NCBI RefSeq assembly: GCF_009914755.1
Contig: NC_060926.1
Direction: 5' to 3' (one strand)
DNA length: 64,000 bases
DNA from: the human T2T-CHM13v2.0 reference genome, Homo sapiens
Shown here: positions 28,321 to 41,000 of the stretch, piece by piece
Numbering within the stretch: the stretch's first letter is position 1
Layout: each line of letters starts with the position of its first letter
Program-made: the position numbers and the translations under genes
Notes under the pieces: model-generated
What the model was told of the DNA's origin: nothing
The model's database searches: none
The model's input: the letters and a program-made list of their open reading frames with translations, nothing else

Positions 28321-31300
28321 TTAGTTTCATGGACTTCCCTTTGTAAGTAACCTGGCCTTTCTCTCCAGCTGTCCTTAACATTTTTTCCTTCATTTTGACT
28401 TTGGAGAATTTAATGATTACGTATCTTGGGCATGATCTTCTTGTGGAGTATCTTACTGGTGTTCTCTGCATTTTGTGAATTTGAATGTTGGCCTATCTAG
28501 CTAGGTTGGGGAAGTTCTCATGGATGATATCCTAAAATATATTTTATAAATTGGTTCCGTTCACCTATCTTTTTCAGGTACACCAATCAATAATAGATTC
28601 AGTCTCTTTACATACTTCCATATTTCTTGGAGGTTTTGCTCATTTCTTTTCATTCTTTATTCTCTATTCTTTATGCCTATCTTATTTGAGAAAGTCTTCA
28701 AGCTCTGAGGTTCTTTTCTTCACTTAGTCTATTCTGCTATTAATACTTGTGATAGCGTTATGAAATTTTTATAGTGTGCTTTCCAGCTCTATCAGATCAG
28801 TTACGTTCTTCACTATACTGGCTATTTTGTCTGTCAGCTCCTACAGTGTTTTATCATGATTTTTATCTTCCTTTCATTGGGTTACAATATGCCCCTTTAG
28901 CTCAGCGAAGGTCGTTTTTATCCACATTCTGAATTCTCCTTCTGTCATCTCAGGGATACCAGACTCAGCCCAGTTCTGAACCCTTCCTGGAGAGCTGATG
29001 TGGTGATTTGGAGGAAAGAGGGCACTTTGGCTTTTTGAGTTTACAGCATTCTTGCATGGATTCTTTGTTATGTTTGTGGGTTTATCTACCTTTAATCTTT
29101 GAGGTTGCTGACCTTTAGATTTTTTTTTCTTTCTCTTTTTAATAGTCTGACCACTTTTCTGTAGGGCTGTTGCGATTTGCTGGGGGTCCACTGCAGTCTC
29201 TAGTTGCCTCGGATTTCCCAGTACTTGGAGGTATCACCAGTGAAGGTTGTGAAACAGCAAAGATGGCAGCCTGCCCCTTTCTCTGGGAGCTCTATCCCAG
29301 GGAGGCAGGTACCTGCTGCTGATTTGAACACACCTGTAGGAGATGGCTGGAGACCCTAGCTGGGAGCTCTCACCCAGTCAAGAGGAACAGAATCAGGGAC
29401 ATGCTTAAAAAAGCAGTCTGGCCATGCTTTCATAGAGCAGCTGTACTGTGCTGGTGGATCCCTTCTGCCCCCAGTCAGTTTGGACTCTCTAAAGCCCACA
29501 GACTGGAGTGGCTGAATCAAGCGAACAGCAAAGATGGCAGCCCAACCCTCCCCGCAGGAACTCCACCCTAGGTAGGTTCAACACTGTTGCTGGTGGCTGG
29601 CCGGAATTCCAAGCCAGTGGGTCTTATCCTGTGAGGTGCTGTAGAAGTGGGGCCCACAGACCGTCACTGCTCAGCGCCCTGGATTCAGCCCCCTTCCTAA
29701 GGGTATGTATGGAGGTCCAACCTCCTGCCTTGCCAGAGTTACAGTCACTTTTGCCATGAAGCCCAGAGCATAAAGCTCCTGGGTCTCTGCACATGCCCGA
29801 GTGGCTACTCTGCCAAGATTCCATACAGCTCTGTTTGTCAGACTGAAGGCGCTGGTGTAGTGTATTCATGAGGGGATCTCCTGACCAGAGGATTGCAAAG
29901 ATCCACGGGAGAAGCATGGCTTCCTGGAGTCACACATTCACTCACTGCTTTCCTTGGTAGAGGAGGTTCCGTTAGCTCTGTGTTTCTCCTGGGTGAGTCG
30001 TCGCCCTGATCTGCTTTTCTTCATTCTCTGTGGGTGGAGCTGTTTCCCTGATCAGCCCCAATGCGAGTACTTGGATGTTTCAGTTGAAGGTGCTGTGTTT
30101 ACTCACCCCTTTAATTTCTCTCCAGGATAGCCACACACTGTAGTTGCTTCTAGTCAGCTATCTTGGCCCCTCTGACATGATTTCATTCTTTTTTATGGCA
30201 ACATAGTATTCCATGTGTGTATGTATCATATTTTATTTATCCAGTAAACCACTGATGGGTACCTAGGTTGATTCCATGTCTTTGCTATTGTAAACAGTGC
30301 TGTGATAAACATATGGGCCCATGTGTCTTTTTGGTAGAATGGTTTTTTTTTTTTCCTATGGGTATATACCCAGTAATGGTATTGATGGGAAGAATGGTAG
30401 TTCTATTTTTAGTTCTCTGAAAAATCTCCAACCTGCTTTCTACAGTGGCTGAACTAATTAACATTCCCACCAACAGTGTATAAGCATTCCCTTTTCTCCA
30501 TAGCCTCATCAGTATGTTATGTTTTGACTTTTTAATAATATTCATTCAGACTAGTGTAGAATGGAATCTCATTGTGGTTTTAACATGCATTTCTCTGATG
30601 ATTGGTGACACTGAGCATTTTTTCATATGTTTATTGGCCACTTGTATGTTTTCTTTTGAGAAGTGTCTGTTCATGTCCTTTGTCCACTTTTTAATAGGGT
30701 TATTTGTTTTTTGTTTTTTGAATTAAGTTTCTTATAGATTCTGAACATTAGACCTTTGTCTGATGCATAGTTTGTGAATATTTTCTGCCATCCTTTAGGT
30801 TGTCTGTTTACTTTTTTATTTTTGTTGCAATTGTTTTTGAGAACTTAATCACAAATTCTTTGCCAAGGCTAATACCCAGAAGGGTATCTCCTAGTTTTTT
30901 TTTTTTTCCCCCTAAGATGTTTATAGTTTTCAGGTCCTACATTTAAATCTTGAATCCATCATGAGTTAATTTCTGTATATACAGAAAGGTAAGGGTCCAG
31001 CTTCATACTTCTGCATATAGCTAGCTAACTATCTGCACCATTTATTGAAGACAGAGACCTTTCCCTATCGTTTATTTTTGTCAACTTTGTCAAAGATCAG
31101 ATGGCTGTAGCTGTGCCACTTTATTTCTGGGATCTCTATTATTTTCCGTTGATCTGTGTATCTGTTTTCATGCCAGTATCATGCAGCTTTGGTTACTGTA
31201 GCCTTGTAATATAGTTTGAAGTTGGATAATGTGATGTCTCTGGCTTTGTTTCTTGTGCTTAAGATTGTTTTAGCCCTTCGAACTCTTTTATAATGCCATA

Positions 31301-31598
31301 AGAATTTTAGAACAGTTTTTTCTAATTCTGTGAAAAGTGACATTGGTAGCTTGGTAGAAATAGTGTTGAATCTGTAGATTGCTTTGGGCAGAATGGCCAT
31401 TTTAACAATATTGATTCTTCCAATTTATGAGCATGGAATGTTTTTCCATTTGTTTGTGTCATCTATGATTTTTTTCTCTTTTTCTTTTTCTTTTTTTTTA
31501 GAATGCTATAAATTGTTTATTATGTTACAGATGGAAATAATTACAACAATAACATAAAGGATGAGCTCTTCCATAGCATGCTTGTCCTGGTTCAGAGG

Positions 31599-31603
<5 letters not shown>

Positions 31604-31633
<30 letters not shown>

Positions 31634-33719
31634 TTTAATTTTTTTACTATATCTTTTTTTTTATACTTTAAGTTCTGGGGTACATGTGCAGATTGTGCAG
31701 GTTTGTTACCTAGGTATACACGTGCCATGGTGGTTTGCTGCACCCATCAACCTGTCATCTACATTAGGTATTTCTCCTAATGCTATCCCTCCCCTAGCCC
31801 CACACCCCCCATAGGCCCTGGTGTGTGATGTTCCCCTTCCTGTGTCCATGTGTTCTCATTGTTCAACTCCCACTTATGAGTGAGAACGTGTCGTATTTGG
31901 TTTTCCGTTCCTGTGTTAGGTCCATATACCTATACCTACAGGTATTCCTATTCTCTCCAGAATCTCTTGTTTCCTGACTTTTTAATGACCGCCATTCTAA
32001 CTGGCATGAGATGGTATCTCATTGTGATTTTGATGTGCATTTCTCTAATGATCGGTGATGATAAGCTTTTCTTCATGTGTTTTTTGGCCACATAAGTGTC
32101 TTCTTTTGAGAAGTGTCTTTTCATATCCTTTGCCCACTTTTTGTTGGGGTTGTTAGTTTTTTTCTTGTAAATTCAAGTTCCTTATACTTGCTGGATATTA
32201 GCCCTTTGTCAGATGGATAGATGGCAAAAAATTTCTCCCATTCTGTAGGTTGCCTGTTCACTCTGATGATAGTTTCTTTTGTTGTGCAGAAGCTCTTTAT
32301 TTTAATTAGATCCCATTTGTCAATTTTGCCTTTTGTTGCCATTGCTTTTGGTGTTTTCGTCATGAAGTCTTTGCCCATGCCTATGTCCTGAATGTTATTG
32401 CCTAGGTTTTCTTCTAGGGATATTATGGTTTTAGGTCTTACTTTAAAGTCTTTAATCCATCTTGAGTTAATATTTGTATAAGGTGTAAGGAAGGGGTGCA
32501 GTTTCAGTTTTCTGCATATGGCTAGCCAGTTTTCCCAACTCCATTTATTAAATAGGGAATCCTTTCCCCATTGCTTGTTTGTGTCAGGTTTGTCAAAGAT
32601 CAGATGGTTGTAGATGTGTGGTGTTATTTCTGAGGCCCCTGTTCTGTTCCATTGGTCTATATATCTGTTTTGGTACCAGGTTCATGCTGTTATGGTTACT
32701 GTAGCCTCGTAGTATAGTTTGAAGTCAGCATGATGACTCCAGCTTCGTTCTTTTTGCTTAGGATTGTCTTAGCTATATGGGCTATTTTTTGGTTCCATAT
32801 GAAATTTAAAGCAGTTTTTTCTAATTCTGTGGAGAAAGTCAATGGAAGCTTGATAAGGATAGCACTGAATCTTTAAATTACCTTGGGCAGTATGGCCATT
32901 TTCATAATATTGATTCTTCTTATCCATGAGCATGGAATGTTTTCCCACTTGTTTTTGTCCTGTCTTATTTCCTTGAGCAGTGGTTTGTAGTTCTCCTTGA
33001 AGTGGTCCTTCACATCCCTTGTAAGTTGTATTCCTAGGTATTTTATTCTCTTTGTAGCAATGGTAAATGGGAGTTCACTCATGATTTGGCTCTCTGTTTG
33101 TCTATTATTGGTGTATAGGAATGTTTGTGATTTTTGCACATTGATTTTGTATCCTGAGACTTTGCTTAAGTTGCTTATCAGCTTAAGGAGATTTAAGACT
33201 GAAACGGTGGGGTTTTCTAAACATACAGTCATGTCATCTGCAAACAGAGAGACTTCCTCTTTTCCATTTGAATACCCTTTTATTTCTTCCTCTTGCCTGA
33301 TTGCCCTGGCCAGAGCTTCCAATACTATGTTGAATAGGAGTGGTGAGAGAGGGCATCCTTGTCTTGTGCCGGTTTTCAAAGGGAATGCTTCCAGGTTTTG
33401 TGCCTTCAGTGTGATACTGGCTGTGGGTTTATCATAAATAACTCTTATTATTTTGAGATACATTCCATCAATACCTAGTTTATTGAGAGTTTTTAGCATG
33501 AAGGGGTGTTGAATTTTATTGAAGGCCTTTTCTGCATCTATTGAGATAGTCATGTGGTTTTTGTCATTGGTTCTGTTTATGTGTTGGATTACGTTTATTG
33601 ATTTGCATATGTTGAACAAGGCTTGCATCTCAGTGATGAAGCCGACTTGATTGTGGTGGATAAGCTTTTTGATGTGCTGCTGGATTCGGTTTGCCAGTAT
33701 TATATTGAGGATATTCACA
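31604..33719 (-). mobile_element. 5'-truncated L1PA7-like element with reverse transcriptase remnant
   Basis: ORF 32873-33718 covers the RT ([29 protein letters not shown]); L1PA7-type 3' UTR; (TAAA)n tail; frameshifts and an internal deletion. Confidence 0.93.
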
Positions 33720-34429
33720 TGGATTATTTCTTCTCGCAGTGTTTTGTAGTTCTCCTTGTAGAGTTCGATCTTGGTTAGATGTATTCCTAGTTTTTTTTTT
33801 TTTTTTTTGGTGGGGGGTGGCTATTGTAAATGGGATTGTGTTCTTGATTTGGCTCTCAACTTAAATGTTATTAGTGCTAGAAATGCTACTGACTTTTGTA
33901 CATTGATTTTGTATTCTGTAACTTTACTGAAGTTGTTTGTCAGATCTGGGAAACCTTTGAGAGAGCCTTTAGGGTTTTCCAGCAATTCTTCTTTTTCTAT
34001 CTGGATGGCTTTTATTTTTCTTGCCTGGTTGTCTGACTAGGACTTTTAGTACTATCTTGTATAGGAGTGATGAGAAGGCCTTGTCTTATTTCAGTTCTCA
34101 AGGGAAATGCTTCCAACTTTTGACCATTCAGTATGATGTTGGCTGTGGTATCCTAATGATCAAATTTCAAACTTTGCTTGACAGGTATAAAAACTGATAA
34201 ACAGAGATTTTAAAAGATGAGTTACTCTCACATAGCTGGTTAATATTAGAGTCGACATAGGCAGTAAAATCTGTGAAAATATATTTGCATTATATTGTTA
34301 GTAAAGATGATTTTATTAAGCAGCATATTTACACATACAATTGTGTGTGTGTGTTTATTCTTGAGTAGTGACTGTGGTTGATTTCTATTTTCTTCTTTCT
34401 GATTGTCTATATTTTCCTCAATATGCTTA

Positions 34430-34790
34430 GAACGTTGTTGGTTGCTTTGAATAAAAAGGGAAGTTTTGTGGTGTATGACTGGGAAGTCTAGGGAAAGTGT
34501 TCAGGAACAGCCAGAGCAGCAGGCTCAAAGCAGGATGCTCTTCTTCATTAGGTTTCTTGACTGCATTTCTCTGAATGTTGACTTCATTCTCCCTCACAGA
34601 TGATGATTTTCTTTCATGTGGCCAGAAAACGTGGCCAATGACACTAGTTATCATTTTTACTTCATAACCCCAGGAGAAAGAATTTCTCCAGTATGAATCT
34701 AATTGGCTCCTTTGAATCACATGACCTATGTAGATGCATAACTTTGTTCAGGAGAGAGGGACCCTCACAGATGCAACCACACATAACTCT
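34430..34790 (-). mobile_element. Old MaLR LTR (MLT1J-like)
   Basis: GTTGACTTCATTCTC...CATGTGGCCAGAAAAC...CTAATTGGCTC..TCACATG. Confidence 0.6.
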
Positions 34791-36824
34791 ATGTTCGACA
34801 CCCCTGGGAATACTTTGTGGAGTGGAGGAAGAATTAGTCCACAGAAGAAAGGAAACCAAACCACGTTTCTACCATGACATTTATTATTTTTGCAGTAGAA
34901 TAGAATATAGTTATTTTAGGAAGAAAATAGTCTTCCGACTTTCCTGGTCTCTTCTCACCAATGCATAGAGCCTCTCACTTTACTATCCTCATTACTTTCT
35001 ACTCCCACAACACTTACCTCTGACTCTGTAGTGTTGTTGGGATTCCCTCTCTGGTTGAAATGGCTTCCTCCTTTCTGAACATGGACCTAAGTACACAGAT
35101 GGGTTCTAGTCCAATCTCTGCCATTAACCACTTTGTGTGAGTTGTAAATGTAACATTATTTCTGGGTTTCTGTTATCTTTATTGTATAAATACATAAGAT
35201 CGGAAAGGACTCCAATGACTAATACACAAGACCTGAGCAAGGAGACTCCACATAAGGTATCTTCCATTTTCCCCAATAGAAAGTAAACAGACACACAAAA
35301 CAGATTCACTTGATATAATATGTTAACTTTTAAGCATCCAAAAAGATAAAAAATATATTCATTTTTTATTTATACAGACATATTAAAATAGCATATTTCA
35401 GAAAGAATTAGTAATATAGTATTTTCTACTCTCATATTTCATAATGTTTTAAACACATAAATATTCTGCATTAACATCCTCAGTAATAAAGCTGCTTTTG
35501 AATCATCTAACAGTTTTCCAGAGAATGTCATTTTCATTTCCATCTAAGGTTTTTTGAGCGATAGTCCTTTGGAATCTGTATATGATACAGATGCCTTTAC
35601 TGGCATTTATTATCCCTAGTCACAAATATCCTTAAGAAACATGAGTATGCTTGATTTTTATTCATTTTGGGAGTGTGTGTTTGTGATAACCACAACATAA
35701 CTTATTATGTTTATTTTTCAAATGATCTTTCAAAGGCTTCTCTATGATGATATCCGGCGCTCACTGAGATGAGGTCATACCCTAGGAATAACTACTACAC
35801 CTTTATTAGATTTCTCGTTTTCTTGTAGTCCACAGACTAATTCATCATGTGACCTATATAAACATCCAAATGAACATTGACTGTGGGCATTTCAGGCTAA
35901 GGGGTCTAACTCAAAAGATACTTTCTTGTTCCAAATATAGTTGTATAGATTGCACTCATTTCTTTAAAAAGGTTTTGTAAGGATGTGGATAAATGTGATT
36001 CCTTCTTTACTGAGGGATAATTTTGGGGGTAAAACCTTCACCTTAATATTTATGATGGCTAGAGAGGCAAGAGGAACAGCTGATTAAAGCCAACTTTTTA
36101 AACTACACACAGTAGAGGAGAGGCAGAGATGTGGTGGGGTTGGTGGTGGTAATTACAGTAGAGAATTAGCCATGGGTGTCCTGCCTGAGGCTCTAGTACA
36201 AAAGCAGGCATGGTTTATATTGAGCCAGAAGAAGCCTAGGAGGGACCACTGGCATCTGGAAAAGATAGTTCTGGGCATGAATTAAAGGAAAAGGAAGGCA
36301 GGGTGTGTTTTAGAAGGATATCTCTGCATAGAGTGAAAGCAAAACGATAAACAAATCACCTGTTGCACCTCAGTTAGCTTCAGTACTAACATGTTACAAG
36401 TCCTTTCTCTCGGACACCTTGCTATTCATAAACTGTCATATTTCAAATCTGAAATGATCTAAAAACGGTTATAACTATCACGGGGAAAAACTCAGAGGCA
36501 GATGAATAGTGAATATAAGTAATATGTTGAATAATCAACTTTATTTTCTGAGAGGCTATATAAAATTGCTCAGTGGGCAGAGACGGGGTGAGATATAATC
36601 ATCCTCAAATGCCTGCTATGTCTGAAAGTTAAGACTGTTAAAACTCATGTCATATTTAACATAAAATAAGAGAGTGATGAGCTGTACTTTTCTTGGTTTA
36701 TTTCCACAAGAAAAGAAAATAGTTCAGTGACTCCTCTATCAGAAAACAACATTACTAATATGTAAAACTGAACTAATGTTTTTGACAAGTGTTTTTCAGG
36801 GACCAAAATGAATAATATACCTGA

Positions 36825-37030
36825 TAATAATATTTATTGATGAAACACTTTCACGAACATGATTTCATTTGATAATACAAACCTGTGAAGTAGGCAGGCA
36901 TTACCGTAATTCTTATTTTTTTCAGATGAACACAGAACAGAGGTATGGAGTGGTTAAGTGCTTGAATCTACCTCAGTGAAAAGAGCTCAAAGGATGCTTG
37001 ACTTCCCTGATGATACTCCCTCTGAAGCTG
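36825..37030 (-). mobile_element. MIR remnant
   Basis: ATAATATTTATTGA...TTTCAGATGAA...GGTTAAGTG. Confidence 0.6.
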
Positions 37031-37289
37031 AGGGTTCTAATACAATTACATGACATGGCATCCAAATAAGAACCACGTCATTTTTCTTACCGTTTTGCTT
37101 AGCAGAGTCAAGGTAGTCTAGCTGCTAGGAAGAATTTGTATTCTGCTTTGTGAGAAAATGGCGACATTGTAAAACTCAACGAGATTCAGAAACAAGGGGA
37201 TTGTTTTGCAGGCAAGAGGGTTATTATCTAGCAGTGTAAATGCTGTATCAAAAAGTCAATGCATTTAAAGTCAATGCATTATGTTGCTG

Positions 37290-37655
37290 TTGTTGGTTTA
37301 GTCAGATATAAATGTGGAACAAATTTCAAATAGTACAAATGTTATATTTAAAAATATAGTTTTGTTTTACGTGCTCCTGACCATTTATCTTTCAGTTCCA
37401 GTCCCAGAAGGTAATTCTCAAAACACTTTCTTGTGAATGCTTCTGAAGAAACTCTGTACATATCCATGCACATTGTTGTTTATTCCTCCTGCCTGTATAT
37501 ATTTTTTCATAATTTTTTTCTTTTTAGAGGATACGTAGTCTTTCATTAAGTAGATCTGACATAATTATTGATGAACTGTTATTCCGTAACAATGCTGAAT
37601 GAAATATGTTTTATAAGTCTATGTGAATAAGTGGACATACCTCTTGCAGAAAAAA
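37290..37655 (-). mobile_element. L1ME-like 3' remnant
   Basis: Degenerate L1ME text (TATTGATGAAC, AACAATGCTG..TGAA); similar text resumes at ~45485-45555. Confidence 0.5.
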
Positions 37656-37695
37656 AAATCTAGCAATATAAATGCTCTATCAAAAAGTCAGTGCT

Positions 37696-37990
37696 GGCCG
37701 GTGTAGTGGCTCACGCCTGTAATCCTAACACTTTGGGAGGCCGAGGTGGGTAAATCACTTGCAGTCAGGAGTTTGAGACCAGCCTGGCCAACCTGGTGAA
37801 ACGCTGTCTCTACTAAATCTACAAAAATGAGCCAGGTGTGATGGTGGGTGCCTGTAATCCCAGCTACTAGGAAGGCTGAGGCAGGAGAATCACTTGAACC
37901 CAGGAGGTGGAGTTGCAGTGAGCTGAGATTACACCACTGCACTCCAGCCTGGGCAACAGAGTGAGACTCTGTCCCAGTAATAAAAAAAAA
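37696..37990 (+). mobile_element. AluSz/Sx-like
   Basis: Full Alu with a short A-tail; no matching 3' TSD. Confidence 0.95.
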
Positions 37991-38011
37991 TTACTCATTT
38001 TAGGCAATGTT

Positions 38012-41000
38012 CATCTTTGTATACCTGGCTTATTTCACTGAACATAATGACTCCACTTCCTTCCATGTTGCAGCAAATGACAGAATTTCATTCTTTTTTA
38101 TGGCTGAATAGTACTCCGCTGTATATATGCACCCCATTTTCTTTAACAATTCATTCATTGATGGACACTTAGGTTGCTTCTAAACCTTTGCTATTATGAA
38201 TAGTGCTGCAATAAACACGACAGTGCAGATTATCTCTTCAATATACTAATTTCCTTTCTTTTGGGTATATACCTAGCAGCCGGATTGTTAGATCATATGG
38301 TGGCTCTATTTTTAGTTTTTTTCGGGGAACCTCCAAGCTGTTTTCCGTAGTGGTTGTACTAATTTACATTCCCACGAGTCTCCACATTCTCCCCAGCATT
38401 TGTTCTTGCCTGTCTTTTGAATAAAAGCCATTTTAACTGGGGTGAGATAGTATCTCATTGTAGTTTTGATTTGTATTTCTCTGATGATCAATGATGTTAA
38501 ACACCCTTATACAGACACTTGTTTGCCATTTGTATGTCTTAAGAAATGTCTTTTTAGATCTTTTGCCCACTTTTTCATCAGATATTAGATTTTTTCTTAT
38601 AGAGGTGTTTGAGCTCTTTATGTATTCTGGTTATTAAACCCTTGTCAGCTGGATAGTTTGCAAATACTTTCTTCCATTCTGTAAGCTGTGTTTTCACTAT
38701 GTGGATTCACTTTGCGGTGCAGAGGTTTTTAAATTGATTGATGTGATCCCATTTGTCCATTTTTAGTTTGGTTGCCTGTGATTATGGGGTGTTACTCAAG
38801 AAATCTTTACCAAGTGCAATGTCCTGGAGAGTTTCCTCAAAGTTTTCTTGTAGTAGTTTCATAGTTTGAGGTCTTAGATTGAAGTCTTTATTCCATTTTG
38901 ATTTGATTTTTGTATTTGGTGAGAGATAGGAGTCTAGTTTCATCCTTCCACATAGGGATATCTAGTTTTACCAGCACTATTTATTGAAGAGACTTCTTTT
39001 CCCAATGTATGTTATTGTCACTGTTGTTGAAAATGCATTCACTGTAGATGTATGGAATTGTTTCTGGGTTCTTTATTCTATGTCATTGGTTATATGTCTT
39101 TTTTCATGCCAGTATCATGATGTTTTGGTTATTATAGTTTTGTAGTGTGAGCTAAAGTTAGGTAATGTGGTTCTTCCAGGTTTGTTTCTTTTGCTTAGGA
39201 TAGCTTTGGCTATGCTGGGTCTTTTTTTCACATAAACTTTAGGATTTTTTTATACTTCTGTGGATAATGTCATTGGTATTTTGATAGTGATTGCATTAAA
39301 TATGTATATTGCTTTGGGTTGTATGGACATTAAAAAAAGATTGATTCTACCAATCCATGAACATGGAATATCTTTTCATTTTTTGTGTCCTCTTCAGTTT
39401 CTTTCATCAATATTTTATAGTTTTCATTGTAGAGGTCTTTCACCTCTATGGTTAAGATAATTCCTAGGTATTTCATTTTATTCGTAGCTATTGTAAATGG
39501 AAGTACTTTCCTGATTTCTTTTTTCAGACTGTTCACTGTTGGCATATAAAAATGCTACTATTTTTGTATGTTGATTTGTATCCTGAAACTTTGCTGAATT
39601 TATTTATTAGTTCAAATAGTTTTATGGTGGAGTGTTTAGGTTTTTTCCTAAATATAAGATCATATCATCTGTAGATAACAATAAGTTGACTTTTTCCTTT
39701 CCAATTTGAATGCCCTTTATTTCTTTCTCATGACTGATTGCTCCAGCTAGGATATCAGTATTATGTTGAATAACAGTGGTGAAAGTGGGCATCCTTGTTG
39801 TGTTTCATGTCTTCGATGAAAGGCTTTCAATTTTTCTTATGGTAGTATTCTAGCTGTGCATCTGTCATACATGTCTCTTATTCTGTGGAAGTATGTTCCT
39901 CCTATCCCCAGTTTTTTGAGGGTATTTATCATGAAAGGATGTTATATTTTATCAAATGCTTTTTTAGCATCAATTGAAATGATCATATAGTTTTTTTTCC
40001 TTCATTCTGTTGGTATGATTTATCACAATAATTGATTTGCATATGTTGGACCATTTATGCATCCCAAGGATAGTTCCCACTTGGCTGTGATGAATGATCT
40101 TCATGTGTTGTTGAATTTGATCCACTAGTATTTTGTTGAGGATTTTTGCTTCAATGCTCATCAGAGATATTGGTCTGTATTTCCCTTTTTGATGTGTCTT
40201 TGTCTGATTTTGTTATCAGGATAATGCTGGCCTCATAAAAATAGTTTGAAAGTATTTTCCCCTCCTCTATTTTTTGGAATAGTTTGAGTGGGATTGGCAT
40301 TAATTCTTTAAATGTTTGACAGAATTCAGCAATGAAGCCATCAGGTCCCTGGCTTTTTTTTTTTTTTTTTTTCTGGAAGACTTTTTTTATCACTTCAATC
40401 TTTTACTTACTATTAGTTTGTTTCAGTTTTAGATTTCTTCACAGTTTAATCTTGATAGGTAGTATGTGTCTAGGAATTTATCCATTTCTTCTGGATCTTC
40501 CAATTTATTGGTATATACTTCCCCATAGTAGCCTCTAATGATCCTTTTAATTTCTGCAGTATCACTTGTAATGCCTTCTTTTTCATCTCTGATTTTACTT
40601 ATTTGGGTCCCCTCTGTCTTTTTTTTTTTTTTTTGGTCTGGCTAAGGTTCTTTGATTTTATCTTTTCAAAAAGCCAACTTTTCATTTTGTTGATCTTTTG
40701 TACTGCTTTCTTCCTTTTCATTTATTTCTGCTCTGATTTTTATTATTTCTTTTCTTCTAATTTTGAATTTGGTTTGCTCTTGCTTTTCTAATTCTTTAAG
40801 GATTTTACTGTTTGGTTTGTTGTTTGAAATTTTTCTTTTCTGCTATAGGCACTTAAAGCTATGAACTTCCCTCTTAGTACTGCATTCACTGTATCCCATT
40901 GGTTTTGGCATGTTGCATTCCCATTATCATGTTTCAAGACACTTTTCAATTTCCTTCCTAATTTCCTTATTGACCCACTCATCATTCAGGAGCATACTGT

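Noticed and set aside
32873-33718. 281-aa reverse transcriptase ORF as an active or novel RT system
   Set aside because: It is ordinary L1 ORF2 in a 5'-truncated, frameshifted, internally deleted copy with no promoter
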